From Candidatus Poribacteria bacterium (GTDB lineage: Bacteria; Poribacteria; WGA-4E; PCPOR2b), in assembly GCA_965215015.1 (NCBI GenBank), contig OZ244042.1:2496001-2560000 (forward strand): a DNA stretch of 64,000 bases, read 5' to 3'. The notes below the pieces were generated by a model, which did not search any database, was not told the DNA's origin, and saw only the letters and a program-made list of their open reading frames with translations. How positions within the stretch are numbered: the stretch's first letter is position 1; each line of letters opens with the position of its first letter. The position numbers and the translations under genes are program-made. Of this stretch, positions 39,287 to 50,158 are shown piece by piece.

Positions 39287-39745
39287 CTTGATGTTTATCT
39301 GGTAAATTCATTCATGTATGTACTCAGTATAGCACGAACTGTCCAAAAATTCAAGTCCATAGAATTTGGAGTTAGGAGCATTTAGCTCCTCTGTAGGTTA
39401 AAAACTTTCCCGGAACGGGATTGGAATGGAGAGGAATCTCCGAATCCTGACACCTCATTGTAAGAGCAATTTCCCGATCACGACTGATCCCACAAAACCG
39501 GCAGAAAGTTGATCGCAGCGAAATCCCAATCTTGTCGGTGCCGAAAACTAAATGAGGGGCACCCCTCAACTAAATAACCCTAATTTGTAGATGAATAGAT
39601 GTGTATGTTTAGAGACACACCCCCTATTCTCCCCCATCCCATATGTCACCCAATTGAGACACTTTTTCCTTTTCCTCCTGACTTGATATTTTCCTTCTGC
39701 GCTTGTAACTGGTCTCCAATCCTGCCTTCGTAAGGAATTGATGTT

Positions 39746-39762
39746 TTGGCATGTATCTTGCT
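39746..39762 (+). promoter_or_regulatory. Sigma-54 (-24/-12) promoter
   Basis: TTGGCATGTATCTTGCT = GG-N10-GC, about 80 nt upstream of the 39841 start. Confidence 0.65.
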
Positions 39763-39840
39763 CAACAATACAACACAGCTTTGAAATTTTTGTAAAATCG
39801 GTAAGCTGAAACGCAATCTGAAGTAAGGAGAGATAAGATT

Positions 39841-40584
39841 ATGCTAGTTCGCATGTCATTCACAATAACGATGTCTATTTTTTGGGCAGGATGGATCTGT
39901 TGCATTATGTTTGGTTGTAATAACCAGTCGGCGGCATCGCCTGCAGGATCTGAAATTCAAATTTTGCAAGTGGGTGTATTTCACGGCGACGAGGTCTCCG
40001 CAGAATCAGGCGAAGCCTGGCTGGGGTTGTATTCGACACCCGATGGGTACGTGCTGATTACTTCGAGGATTACAGTGGAAACCGTTTATGACCCGCTTGT
40101 GGATAATGCCCGGGAGATGACCGGGAAGGTAGTGTCAGTGGAGGAGCAAACGGCCCCGCTTTTCCTTATTAAGGGTTTGGAGGCACCGAAAAGAGAATTT
40201 ATCAAGACACTCTCCGCTGAGCAGACAATTTTGAGTCCGGGTAAGTCCCTCAACCTTAGATTGGAGGGCAAAAATGAATACCATTTGAAGGCTTATGGCG
40301 AAGGAGATATAGGACCGAATGGATTTACTTCACTGGAAAACTACAGCATTGAACTATCGAAGGGACAGTGTTCTCAGGAACTTCTCACATACGACTCAAC
40401 GAATGGTGCTATACCCACCCTGCTCTGGGGGGGAGATCTGGATGGAGATAACCAATTGGATTTGCTCATTAACGCAACCCCACATTACACCATATATTCT
40501 GCACCGGTACTGTTTCTTTCATCGATGGTGAAGGGCGGTAATTTAGTCCAGAGAGTTGCGACATTTATTGCTACCGGCTGCTAG
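39841..40584 (+). CDS. Hypothetical lipoprotein
   Basis: AAGGAG RBS, lipobox MFGC, FHGDEV and LLWGGDLDGDNQLDL motifs. Confidence 0.8.
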   Translation: MLVRMSFTITMSIFWAGWICCIMFGCNNQSAASPAGSEIQILQVGVFHGDEVSAESGEAWLGLYSTPDGYVLITSRITVETVYDPLVDNAREMTGKVVSVEEQTAPLFLIKGLEAPKREFIKTLSAEQTILSPGKSLNLRLEGKNEYHLKAYGEGDIGPNGFTSLENYSIELSKGQCSQELLTYDSTNGAIPTLLWGGDLDGDNQLDLLINATPHYTIYSAPVLFLSSMVKGGNLVQRVATFIATGC

Positions 40585-40819
40585 TACACATCAAGTAAGT
40601 CTATCGGGTAGATTTTCATCCAACCTTCCAACCTATCCGTAACAGCTCGGTTTCTTCCCTTTTTTTGAATCTCCTTCATGTTTTCCTGATTCCTGATGTG
40701 TCGCATCACCCTTCCCTGATTTCCCTTCAACATTTTCTAGATTCCATCGTCCAAAAAGAACCGTGCCAAAATTCGTTGGTACGGTTTTCGTTTTTGTGCT
40801 CCAGCAAGGAGGTTTTCTT

Positions 40820-43186
40820 ATGCACAGTGGGGGATTTTCTAGACGGGACCTGCATCGAATGGCCCGCTCTGCCGGTAGAGGAAACACGACTAGGCGGCCC
40901 GATGTAGAAATGACAATTTTAGAGGAAGTTCCAACAGCACTCCAAGATCAGCTTGAACGTTTGCTAGATGGGGAAGAAGATATTAAAATTGCCGTCTCGA
41001 CTGACCTACAGTTTAACGGTACTTACGGGAAAGATTGGGTGTTAGCGACGGAAAAACGTCTACTCATTTTTAACCAAAACGGTGCACCCACACCCGAAGT
41101 CCAAAACATCGCGCTCGAAACCATTGACAAGATTGAAATACGAGAGCTGTATGGCAATAACTTCATGAAGGTACGAACGTCAGATGGCGCATTTGAAATT
41201 GCGCGCTACTCGAAGCGGTTCGCCCCCAAGTTTGCCGAAGCAACACCAGAAATTGAATCTTTAATTGATAAGGTCAAGCCGGAGGGGACAGACAAATCTA
41301 AGCGGCATCGGAAGTATGTCGATCCTGGAAAAAAGAAAATTCGATGTGAAACCTGTGGACGTCCGATCCCGCGGTGGTCTGATGTCTGTCCGAACTGCGT
41401 TGAAAAAGGGAAGCTAATCTTCCGCCTACTAAAATACGCACTCCCATTTTGGCGTGTTTCTGTGCCGGCACTACTGATCGTGCTAGTTATACGATTGGTA
41501 GACCTCTATCCCCCTATTCTAAGTAAGCAGCTTATTGATGACATCCTTGTTCCTGCAACATTGGCGATAACAGGAGGACAGCCAATTGAACCGGGCGCAT
41601 TTGGCCAACTTGTAACAATTGTGCTTTGGATGGTCGGAGCGCACGTTTTCACGGCAGTTTTCTCAGCAGTTCGAGGGTACATGATGACGTGGGTCGGTCA
41701 GCATATCACCCTGAGATTGCGGAATGATGCCTATCAGCATATGAGTATCCTCTCGCTCGATTTCTATGATGGTCGGGAGACGGGAAATCTGATGTCGCGT
41801 ATTACTCAGGATATAGGGCGGCTGCGAGACTTCATCGCTGAGGGATTACAGGATATCGTCGGCGATTCAATGACGCTAATCTATATGTGCATTATTATGT
41901 TTGTTATTAACTGGCAGCTGGCACTCTGGGTATTGCTTCCGATTCCCTTTATTGTTCTTTTTTCATTTTATTTTGGACACAAGATGCACAAGGTTTTCCA
42001 CGTCCTGTGGAAGCGTTACGCTGGGATTAGCACAATTTTGGCCAGTACGATTCCGGGAATACGGGTTGTTAAGGCGTTTACCCGTGAGAAATACGAAGTT
42101 GAGCGTTTTCAAGAACAGGCCCATCTGGTTTTTGCAGGGGAGATGAGTGCCGCCAAACTATGGACAACTTATCAGCCAATCATGACTTTCATGACCTATT
42201 GCGGAACCATTTTTATCTGGTTAATTGGAGGACGGCAGATTCTCAACGGAAGCTTAACGCTCGGTGAGCTCACGTTATTCATGATCTATATGACGCGGTT
42301 TTTGCAGCCCGTACGAACGCTTGCTCAGATGAACCGTCGATTCCTGAGGGCCGCGACTTCTGCCGAACGGGTCTTTGAAATCCTTGATACGCCTCCTAGT
42401 GTGGCAAGTCGTAAAGATGCTGTTGGCCTTCCGAATATGCGAGGGCAGGTTGAATTTCGTGATGTCTTTTTCTCTTACGATAGTGAGAAAAATGCTATCA
42501 ATGGCATCAGCTTTACCGTCGAGCCGGGAGAGATGATCGGGCTTGTCGGACATAGCGGTGCAGGCAAGAGCACCCTCATCAATTTAGTCACCCGATTCTA
42601 CGATCCCAACGACGGGGACATTCTCATCGACGGGCATGATAGCCGCGATATTGAACTCAAGTCTTTACGAGGACAAATTGGGGTAGTGTTGCAGGATCCA
42701 TTCCTGTTTGAAGGCACCGTCGCCGATAACATCGGCTATGGAAAGCCGGAGGCAACGCGTCAGGAAATTATCGCGGCGGCTAAAGCCGCAAACGCTCACG
42801 ACTTTATTGTTAAATTTCCCGATGGTTACGACACGATGGTCGGTGAAAGGGGGGTGCGCGTCTCTGGCGGAGAACGTCAGCGGATCTCCATCGCTCGCGC
42901 CATCCTTAAAAATCCGCGCATTCTCATCCTCGACGAAGCGACTTCGTCTGTTGATACGGAGACCGAGTCAAGAATCCAAGAGGCGTTGGGACGGTTGATT
43001 CAAGGACGGACGGTCTTCGCAATCGCACACCGCCTCTCGACACTTAAACATGCCAATCGTTTGGTCGTCCTCAAAGAGGGGCAAGTTGATGAGATTGGGA
43101 CACACGAAGAACTCATTGCCAAAGGTGGTACTTATGCCAACCTATGTGAAAAGCAGACAGAGCTCTCGAAGATTCGGGCGTGGTAG
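40820..43186 (+). CDS. ABC exporter (fused TMD-NBD) with N-terminal extension and zinc ribbon
   Basis: CETC..CPNC; GHSGAGKS, VSGGERQR, ILDEATSSVD, IAHRLST; start ATG 40820 after AGGAGG. Confidence 0.93.
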   Translation: MHSGGFSRRDLHRMARSAGRGNTTRRPDVEMTILEEVPTALQDQLERLLDGEEDIKIAVSTDLQFNGTYGKDWVLATEKRLLIFNQNGAPTPEVQNIALETIDKIEIRELYGNNFMKVRTSDGAFEIARYSKRFAPKFAEATPEIESLIDKVKPEGTDKSKRHRKYVDPGKKKIRCETCGRPIPRWSDVCPNCVEKGKLIFRLLKYALPFWRVSVPALLIVLVIRLVDLYPPILSKQLIDDILVPATLAITGGQPIEPGAFGQLVTIVLWMVGAHVFTAVFSAVRGYMMTWVGQHITLRLRNDAYQHMSILSLDFYDGRETGNLMSRITQDIGRLRDFIAEGLQDIVGDSMTLIYMCIIMFVINWQLALWVLLPIPFIVLFSFYFGHKMHKVFHVLWKRYAGISTILASTIPGIRVVKAFTREKYEVERFQEQAHLVFAGEMSAAKLWTTYQPIMTFMTYCGTIFIWLIGGRQILNGSLTLGELTLFMIYMTRFLQPVRTLAQMNRRFLRAATSAERVFEILDTPPSVASRKDAVGLPNMRGQVEFRDVFFSYDSEKNAINGISFTVEPGEMIGLVGHSGAGKSTLINLVTRFYDPNDGDILIDGHDSRDIELKSLRGQIGVVLQDPFLFEGTVADNIGYGKPEATRQEIIAAAKAANAHDFIVKFPDGYDTMVGERGVRVSGGERQRISIARAILKNPRILILDEATSSVDTETESRIQEALGRLIQGRTVFAIAHRLSTLKHANRLVVLKEGQVDEIGTHEELIAKGGTYANLCEKQTELSKIRAW

Positions 43187-43220
43187 AAATGAAGTGTGAA
43201 AGGAGAAAGGAGTAGATACA

Positions 43221-43730
43221 GTGGAACAACCCATTCGGATTGAAGATGAGGTCCAATTTCTTGATTCCAAACGCTTGAAAATTAGTCGCAATCAGTTTGC
43301 AGAGATGGAAGCAGAACTACCAGATGGTTCAGTTCACGCGCCTGTTGAGCCGGTGCGCACGTTTCCACTGACCCAACCGGATCAATATATCAGTTTACTC
43401 GACGCCCACAAAAACGAGCTTGGCTTAATTGAAGACATAAATCAGTTGCAAAAAGCGGATCGGACGGTCCTCGCGGAAGAGTTGGAAAAATGTTACTTTG
43501 TGCCGCAGATTACGAAGATTCACGCCCTTGAGGGGCGGTTCGGTGTCACCCAGTGGGAAGTTGAAACCGGCAGCGGTGCCGTTTCTTTTGATCTACGCTC
43601 TCGACATGACATCACCTCACTCAGTGGCGGACGGGTGCTGATTAGGGATATTGATGGAAATCGTTACGAGATTGTCAACTATCATCAGCTAGATCCAAAG
43701 AGCATAGCCCTCCTTGAAACACAGATTTGA
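43221..43730 (+). CDS. DUF1854 domain protein
   Basis: VRTFPLT..YISL, YFVPQITKI, WEVET, DIDGNRYEI; typical partner of this ABC family. Confidence 0.8.
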   Translation: MEQPIRIEDEVQFLDSKRLKISRNQFAEMEAELPDGSVHAPVEPVRTFPLTQPDQYISLLDAHKNELGLIEDINQLQKADRTVLAEELEKCYFVPQITKIHALEGRFGVTQWEVETGSGAVSFDLRSRHDITSLSGGRVLIRDIDGNRYEIVNYHQLDPKSIALLETQI

Positions 43731-43785
43731 TATGTGAAACGGAAAAGCAACATACGTTTTAGGTAAGGACTACTTTGAATCACCA

Positions 43786-44337
43786 ATGGACCGAGCGACA
43801 ATTGCACTCATTCTCAGTGTCATCGCTGTTATACTTGCTACCTCTAAATGGATCTATGACCTCCATGCGGATCGCGCCGACAGGCGAATTCACGGTCGAA
43901 GGGGACGGGGAAGCCGTCTCAGAGTCGAGCTGCTAACAGAACAGACAAACTGCTTTATTACGCGAGGCGGACATCTGTTGTTTCTCGTTTCATGTCGGAT
44001 CTATAACGCAGGTGATCAAGCCCCTGTTGCAATTCAAACGTGCCAGTTGCAAGCGAAGATTGGGCACAGGTGGCAAAATACGGAGTTATACCAAGTCCCT
44101 CACGCGGTGCTCTTTCCAAGTTTACTCCGCAACAGTCTCCCTATCCTCCTCAAACCAGAGGAACGGCAAGACTTCTATGAAGTTTTTGCACTTGATATGC
44201 TGATTCCAAATACCACAATTAAAATCCGCCTCAAATTCCAAAGCGGCGGCAAAAAAATAACACTGTATCGGGATAAATTCAGCCATCGCGTTGATGAACA
44301 CCCGGTTTTTGATATTCTGTTCCGTGTCTTTGAATAG
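43786..44337 (+). CDS. Hypothetical membrane-anchored protein
   Basis: 183-aa ORF with an N-terminal TM helix. Confidence 0.7.
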   Translation: MDRATIALILSVIAVILATSKWIYDLHADRADRRIHGRRGRGSRLRVELLTEQTNCFITRGGHLLFLVSCRIYNAGDQAPVAIQTCQLQAKIGHRWQNTELYQVPHAVLFPSLLRNSLPILLKPEERQDFYEVFALDMLIPNTTIKIRLKFQSGGKKITLYRDKFSHRVDEHPVFDILFRVFE

Positions 44338-44419
44338 GGGAGATATTGCTATACGTTAGCGGAGAGAACTATCTACTTGGACAAAAAATTATACAAAAAT
44401 ATTTTTTGAGGGTACATTT

Positions 44420-45841
44420 ATGAACCGCAACACGCGCATTGCTATTTGGATTGGAATTGTATCATTGATTTGTGTTTCGGTAACTGATGGGCAGGTTGGG
44501 CAAAGTGAAAATGCAGGCGGACCGGTGCTGTCATACGGGGGACCACCGGATCCAGAAGAAATGTTTTTAAGGAAAGGAGAGCTTTCGGGACTGGGATTCA
44601 CCTTCATCAATGGTGAACCGTTCTTGCGGTTTCAGTTGCAACCGGAGGTAGATCTCGGTAAAGTCGGCTTTGGACTCGGTCTTGTGCTACTTTACAGCTC
44701 CTCTGCTGATGATGAGCACACAATCCTCGCCGAGGATGGGGAGACGTGGGATGATATAAGTACCATCCTGCGGGTCGTGCGCTATGTGCGCTATGGCCAT
44801 CTCAGTGAGTCGTTTTATACCCGTTTCGGTGCGTTAGACTACACCACTATCGGTCACGGGTTCATTATGTCGGGGTATTCAAACTATGATCGCCGAGGCT
44901 TGCGCCTAAACCTCAGTACGGAGACGAAAAAGATTGGGATTGAAACAGTCATCAACAACGTTGGTGCCCCAACCGTTTTCGGCGGGCGGCTGTTTGTTCG
45001 TCCTTTGCAACAAGAGGAGGGGGGTATACCCCTCCTCAACAGTCTTGAATTTGGCACAACCTATCTAACGGACATTGAACCCGATCCGAATCTGATTTCG
45101 GACGGCGATCCGCTTATCGCATTGGGAGTCGATGTGGGTTTCCCGCTTATTCACAACAAGTCGTTGCGCTTGGATATATACGATGATGTAGCTTTCTTGA
45201 ACACGAAACCGGAAACGAAAACGGAGGAAATTGATGAGATAAACGATGTTGCAATGGGAAATGCTATCGGAATCGGTGTGTCACTTTCCCAAGCCCTTTT
45301 TAAAGTGGAGTACCGCACTTTTAGCGAACGATTTTACCCAACCATTTTTGACTACACCTACGATGCTGCTAAAGATGTCGGTCCTGACTTTTTAGGGATG
45401 GATGAGGATGACAATGAAGCTCAGGCGAGACGAGGTTACTTCTCAATGATTGCTGTGAGACCAATTCCACAGGTCAATTTCATAGCGACTTTTGAGGACT
45501 ATACCAACACGGAGCCAAAGTTATACGCCGGTATCACAGAATCCGGTATAGCTCAACGAACATCGTTCCGGGCATTCTATGTCAAGCGCAACATCGGCGA
45601 GCCAGATCCCGATTTTCCTGAAAAAGCAGGCAGTGAAGATCCGGACTTTTTCGAGGACCTCTTCCGTCTCGATAGTAAATCCATGTTCATCGTGCGAATC
45701 GGATATGAGATCTTTCCGAGGTTTGAGGTCGCCATTCTCCGTGAATATCGTTTCCAGCGGGCTGAAGATGCGGCAGGTAAGACACGCTTTGAGCCAATTC
45801 AGAAAACCTCGGTTGAAGCCGGTTTCAGGCTCAATTTCTGA
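44420..45841 (+). CDS. Probable outer-membrane beta-barrel protein
   Basis: Signal peptide, YVRYG and TIGHGFIM motifs, terminal EAGFRLNF. Confidence 0.75.
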   Translation: MNRNTRIAIWIGIVSLICVSVTDGQVGQSENAGGPVLSYGGPPDPEEMFLRKGELSGLGFTFINGEPFLRFQLQPEVDLGKVGFGLGLVLLYSSSADDEHTILAEDGETWDDISTILRVVRYVRYGHLSESFYTRFGALDYTTIGHGFIMSGYSNYDRRGLRLNLSTETKKIGIETVINNVGAPTVFGGRLFVRPLQQEEGGIPLLNSLEFGTTYLTDIEPDPNLISDGDPLIALGVDVGFPLIHNKSLRLDIYDDVAFLNTKPETKTEEIDEINDVAMGNAIGIGVSLSQALFKVEYRTFSERFYPTIFDYTYDAAKDVGPDFLGMDEDDNEAQARRGYFSMIAVRPIPQVNFIATFEDYTNTEPKLYAGITESGIAQRTSFRAFYVKRNIGEPDPDFPEKAGSEDPDFFEDLFRLDSKSMFIVRIGYEIFPRFEVAILREYRFQRAEDAAGKTRFEPIQKTSVEAGFRLNF

Positions 45842-45846
45842 TTAGG

Positions 45847-46944
45847 CTAGTCAATCTCCCGCAAGTCAGGCACTACAGCGGGCTTCCCACCATTCGCAAT
45901 TGACTCCTCAGACACCAGTCCCGGCAACGTGAAATCCATAGCATCATAAACGTCAATTGGCGGCTTGGTGTCGTTGATGATACTATCGACAAAGCCGCGC
46001 ATCTCGAAATACTCCTCGGTTACATCTCCAGCCTTTACCGCTTCCTCCGGCGGATTTCTCCAACTTTCTGGCAGAAAATCATCCTCGAAGTCTGCGAGCG
46101 GTTGCCACGCGCCCTGTCGATGGTAATCTGCCAACCAAACCTTCTCCACATCTCCCAATCCCCGCGTACCTTCGTAACAACCCTTCGTCCCTTGCAAACT
46201 TAAGTATGAATTCGCCGGACGATTAGAGAGCATATCAATCCGGATCTTAATCAGAGCACCACTTTCGGTCTTGCACAACATCATTACTGTGTCTTCCATA
46301 GCGTGTTCCGGGTCGGTATGCACACCAGTTCCAAGACAACACACCGAAACAACCCGTTCATCAAACCAGTGCATCACCGGACCGAGGCTATGCGTTGCAT
46401 AGTTACATCGGTTTATTCCGACCTGCCAATAGTATCGCCAAGTTGGATTGCCCCTGCTGTCATGATGCAACACTTTGATGTCATGGAGATATTCGCCCTC
46501 GCCAAAGTAAATGTCTCCGAACAAGCCTTGACGCACCATGTTTCCAATCAGCATATTTGACCGCGTATAGCACTTATTTTCCGCCATCATATACTTCGCT
46601 TTGCTTTTTCTTACCGCTCTGACTAACTCGTAGCACTGTTCAAGGGAGGTTGCTGCTGTTACCTCACTGATCACATGCTTTCCTGCCCCCAGTGCCGAAA
46701 TAGACTGCGGCACATGCAGATTTTCGGGTGTTCCCAGCACAACGATATCAATATCAGCCGCGAGCATATCTTCGTAGTCTGTGAACCGTTTTGGGATACC
46801 AAATCGCTCTCCGACCTCATGGAGGGTATCTTCGTTCAGATCGCAGATTGCGGTCACCTCTGTTTCTGTTATAGTTGTGAAGGGACGGATATGTCCGGCT
46901 CCTCTGCGGGCTCCAACAATGCCAACTCTTAATCGATCCTTCAT
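45847..46944 (-). CDS. Gfo/Idh/MocA oxidoreductase
   Basis: VGIVGARRG, GKHVISEV, YMMAEN, YATHSLGP. Confidence 0.92.
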   Translation of the reverse strand: MKDRLRVGIVGARRGAGHIRPFTTITETEVTAICDLNEDTLHEVGERFGIPKRFTDYEDMLAADIDIVVLGTPENLHVPQSISALGAGKHVISEVTAATSLEQCYELVRAVRKSKAKYMMAENKCYTRSNMLIGNMVRQGLFGDIYFGEGEYLHDIKVLHHDSRGNPTWRYYWQVGINRCNYATHSLGPVMHWFDERVVSVCCLGTGVHTDPEHAMEDTVMMLCKTESGALIKIRIDMLSNRPANSYLSLQGTKGCYEGTRGLGDVEKVWLADYHRQGAWQPLADFEDDFLPESWRNPPEEAVKAGDVTEEYFEMRGFVDSIINDTKPPIDVYDAMDFTLPGLVSEESIANGGKPAVVPDLREID

Positions 46945-47071
46945 CTGCAGCTCCCTTTTTTCTGTGAGAGTATTTATGGCTCAAGTACTTTGGTACATCA
47001 CACAGAGATTTTACTTCATTTTCAGCAATTGTGCAATCGTATAGTTTTGGAGCCGAGCTGTTTAATTCTTT

Positions 47072-47259
47072 TAGGAGTTATACAGTTGAACGTTCAACCC
47101 CCCGTCCCGAAGGGCTTCAACTTGTAGTCCGGCGATTCATCACTGCTGAACACCGTTGCCAACGCCCGATGAATCGGGCAACTACAGCAAGGACGCCATC
47201 GAGAAGTTCCGTGGGTCACACTAATCGGTGTGACCCACTAATGAAGTGCATAAGTCCTA
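47072..47259. mobile_element. Family-A MITE-like element containing an inverted REP-like pair
   Basis: taggagttatacagttgaacg ... gaagtgcataagtccta; internal tgtagtccggcgattcatc / cgatgaatcgggcaactaca. Confidence 0.68.
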
Positions 47260-47269
47260 CTTTTTAATT

Positions 47270-47306
47270 AGATCTGCCTCCTGACGCTATATCAGAAGGC
47301 AGATCT
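47270..47306. terminator. Hairpin downstream of the HEAT-repeat gene
   Basis: agatctgcctcctga..tcagaaggcagatct; no strong U tract. Confidence 0.5.
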
Positions 47307-47348
47307 CTTCGGTCCCATAAAGCGAAACCTTGTAAATTTCAACAAGCA

Positions 47349-48236
47349 TTACTCTTTTCTGGCTAGCTTGATCACCGTAGGTTGAGAGATGTCATCTATC
47401 GCAGCTAACGCTCGCGCAGCATGCAAACGAGCTCCAGCCACTTTACAACGCAACACCTCCCTCAAGATGCGAATTGCCATGTCTTGTTTAGTGTTGTCAA
47501 TTTGAGCCAGCGCATAAGCGGCATTGGCACGTACCCACGGCGACGCATCACTTAATGCGTTTATCAACGCAGCAGCAACACCTTGAGCCGGTACGCCAAT
47601 CTGCCCCAACGCTTTTGCTGCAACACCCCGAAGGGTCACCTGTTGATGACTCAGTGCTTGTGCCAGTCCAGGAATAGCTGCCTCAGCCGGCTCGCCAATC
47701 TGGCCCAGCATTGAAGCCGCCCAGATACGAACATTGGTATGTTCGTCGCTCAACCCTTGAATTAAGGCAAGCACAACTACTTGAGACGCAGAATCAATCT
47801 TGCCCAATGCCGAAGCAGCGTTTTGACGGACTTCCCATCGCTCATCGCTCAATGCCTGTACCAACGCGGGTACCGCATCAGGCTCACCAATTCGCCCCAA
47901 GGCATAAGCCGCTGTGGAACGAATAACAGCATCGTTGCTCTTCAGTGATTGTACCAGTTTAGGCACAGTGGGGGAACCTATCCGAACTAAAGCGGAGGCA
48001 GCCGCAGCCCGAACCTCGCCGTGCTCATCGTTCAATGCCTGAACCAATACTGTGATAGAAGTTGGATCGCCAATCTGCCCTAACGCATGGGCGGCTTTGC
48101 GACGAACCTCAACTATCTCTTCTTTGTTCTGCAACTGTTCAATAAAAGAGTCTATCTCCTGTCCTTCAGCTGCGACTCCAGTAGTTATCGCGCTGATAAT
48201 TCCCCAAAAAATCAGACTAACCCTACAATATCTCAT
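47349..48236 (-). CDS. Secreted HEAT/PBS-lyase repeat protein
   Basis: Signal peptide; repeats of VRxxAAxALGxIG...LxQALxD. Confidence 0.92.
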   Translation of the reverse strand: MRYCRVSLIFWGIISAITTGVAAEGQEIDSFIEQLQNKEEIVEVRRKAAHALGQIGDPTSITVLVQALNDEHGEVRAAAASALVRIGSPTVPKLVQSLKSNDAVIRSTAAYALGRIGEPDAVPALVQALSDERWEVRQNAASALGKIDSASQVVVLALIQGLSDEHTNVRIWAASMLGQIGEPAEAAIPGLAQALSHQQVTLRGVAAKALGQIGVPAQGVAAALINALSDASPWVRANAAYALAQIDNTKQDMAIRILREVLRCKVAGARLHAARALAAIDDISQPTVIKLARKE

Positions 48237-48767
48237 GATCCATCCTCCTATTCAGATGTACGTTAAAATCAAATGGTAATTCACCGTCGAGGAATAAGAA
48301 TTTAATCGCTCGTACATTTCAACCAATCCCTTCTCACAATTTACCCCCTTACAAGGATGCTTCCCTTTTTCAAGATGAAATCGGAGAGTTAGAAGGATTG
48401 AATGACTGAGATTGAATTACCAATCCCTAAATAACCCCCTGTGCCCATTTTTCTTCAAAGTATCTTCATCTTCAGAGGGTTGTCGAATCGAAATGTTCAC
48501 GGTAAGGAAAATTTTGTTTTCTTTGTCGTGAATTATACCACACAAATATGAAGTGGTCAAGTTAAAATTACGAATCTGTGGGAAAACAAACCTTCCCATC
48601 AAGATTGATAATTGTGATATAATATCAAGGGCGTGGTGTTGTTGGGACGGTAGGAGGCGTAGCTGGTCGGAGGGAAGAGCGGACTATCCTTCCCTCCTTC
48701 CGGCGGTTTCTGCTTGGAGGGATTCTCGCCAAACTTCTGTATTGTGGCAGCGAATAATAAAACCTTT

Positions 48768-49078
48768 GCTCATGTAAAGAAATCGTATAACAGCAATCGT
48801 CGGTGCTTGAATCTCCCGACTCGTCGAGGATTCTCGGCGTTTCTAAGTCCTGATGGGACTTGAAACGTCAGAACCGATTTATCGGGGGCGGGGTTTCCTC
48901 GTCCGAATATTTCGGGGGGTGGGCAGACTAGCGGGACAACCTCCCGATAGGATCGGGATTTAAATTGCTTTGAATCCTCAATGCTTCATCGGGGGCAACT
49001 TATGGTTGCCCGTCTTTAGTCTTGTTCTTTTATTTTGGGAGATTCAGTTAATTCGCGGCTGCTTTGCACTTTCTTTTT
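48768..49078. repeat. Family-B element with an expanded palindromic interior
   Basis: gctcatgtaaagaaatcgtataac ... gctttgcactttctttt (right end truncated). Confidence 0.55.
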
Positions 49079-49093
49079 TTCTGCCCTAAAATC

Positions 49094-50158
49094 TTATTCA
49101 TAAACAGTCGTTTCAGGATGGTAGCGCGCCCAAGCAAACCAGTAGATATTTATCGCCGGTAATCGTTCTAGCGTGTATCCTTTGAGTTTGCCTTCCGCTG
49201 CCATCCCTGTGATAAGGTTCCACGTTGTCCCCGTTGTGGCGTCTTTAACAAAGTAACCCCGCGCTGGGTTAAACCTCAATGTTTGCCCTTCCACAGCGCG
49301 GAGAAAAACAGCGGTCGCATTCGACTCCAAATCATGGAAAGCTAACACCGGCACGTCGCCCACTTTGTCGTTGATAATGGATTGCTTCTTAAAAGCTGTA
49401 AAGGGATAAGCTCGATAGCTTTCATTAATGTGGACGCCAACAACTAGTGCTTTATTCATCAAGCGGTTATCGATATACTGTGTGCCGCTGATACCTGCGT
49501 TGGAACTGGCATGATACGCGGCGTAGTTATTGGTTCTTATATCTTGAATTTGTCTCTCCGGGCGACGAAAATCATTGGGCACAGAGAGCACTTTTGTCAA
49601 TGGATGGTTACGTTTCCAATCCTTCCATGTGATTCGCGGTGTACCGGCTAACATCTTTAACTGTTTCCCCTTGAGTACACCTTGCACTGCTTCACCGGTG
49701 ATATGCGACCAGAGGGTCCGGGTTTGGTGGTCATACATAAGTAGTGCATCGCGAAAGAGTTTGCCGGATACACCAAACGTGTAGATTTTTCCATCAAGTT
49801 CACGACTATACACGATAGCCGTCTTGCAGAGCGGTCACCAAGTCGTCGCAATTTTGAGGCCGCCGATCTCATCGTTGACGATTTCGTGTCCGTTAAGTAG
49901 ATTGATTGAATAGGCGCGGCTTTCGCCGTTGAAATTAACGCCGATGACCGGTGAGTCAGCCGCCAATTTCGCTTTGTCGGCAGAGACAAATTCAGGATTT
50001 AGGATTGCGGGAATCGCATCATAAGGTAGGACTGTTAAGATACGGTCATCTGAATAATCTCTTGCCGATGCTATCGCATTAACCTCTCCCGAATATCGGG
50101 CACAACCGAACGGTATGAACGCTGCTGTTATCAACAGGAGGATTAGATTTTTTTTCAT
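49094..50158 (-). CDS. DUF3179 family selenoprotein (lipoprotein; TGA 49837-49835 read as Sec)
   Basis: The two listed ORFs are in frame across one TGA giving ATTW-U-PLCKTA; DAIPAI, HEIVND, LMYDHQTRTLWS, YWFAW..HPET motifs. Confidence 0.88.
49802..49822 (-). promoter_or_regulatory. Bacterial SECIS-like hairpin
   Basis: Minus strand ACGGCTAT-CGTGT-ATAGTCGT, starting 13 nt after the UGA. Confidence 0.65.
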
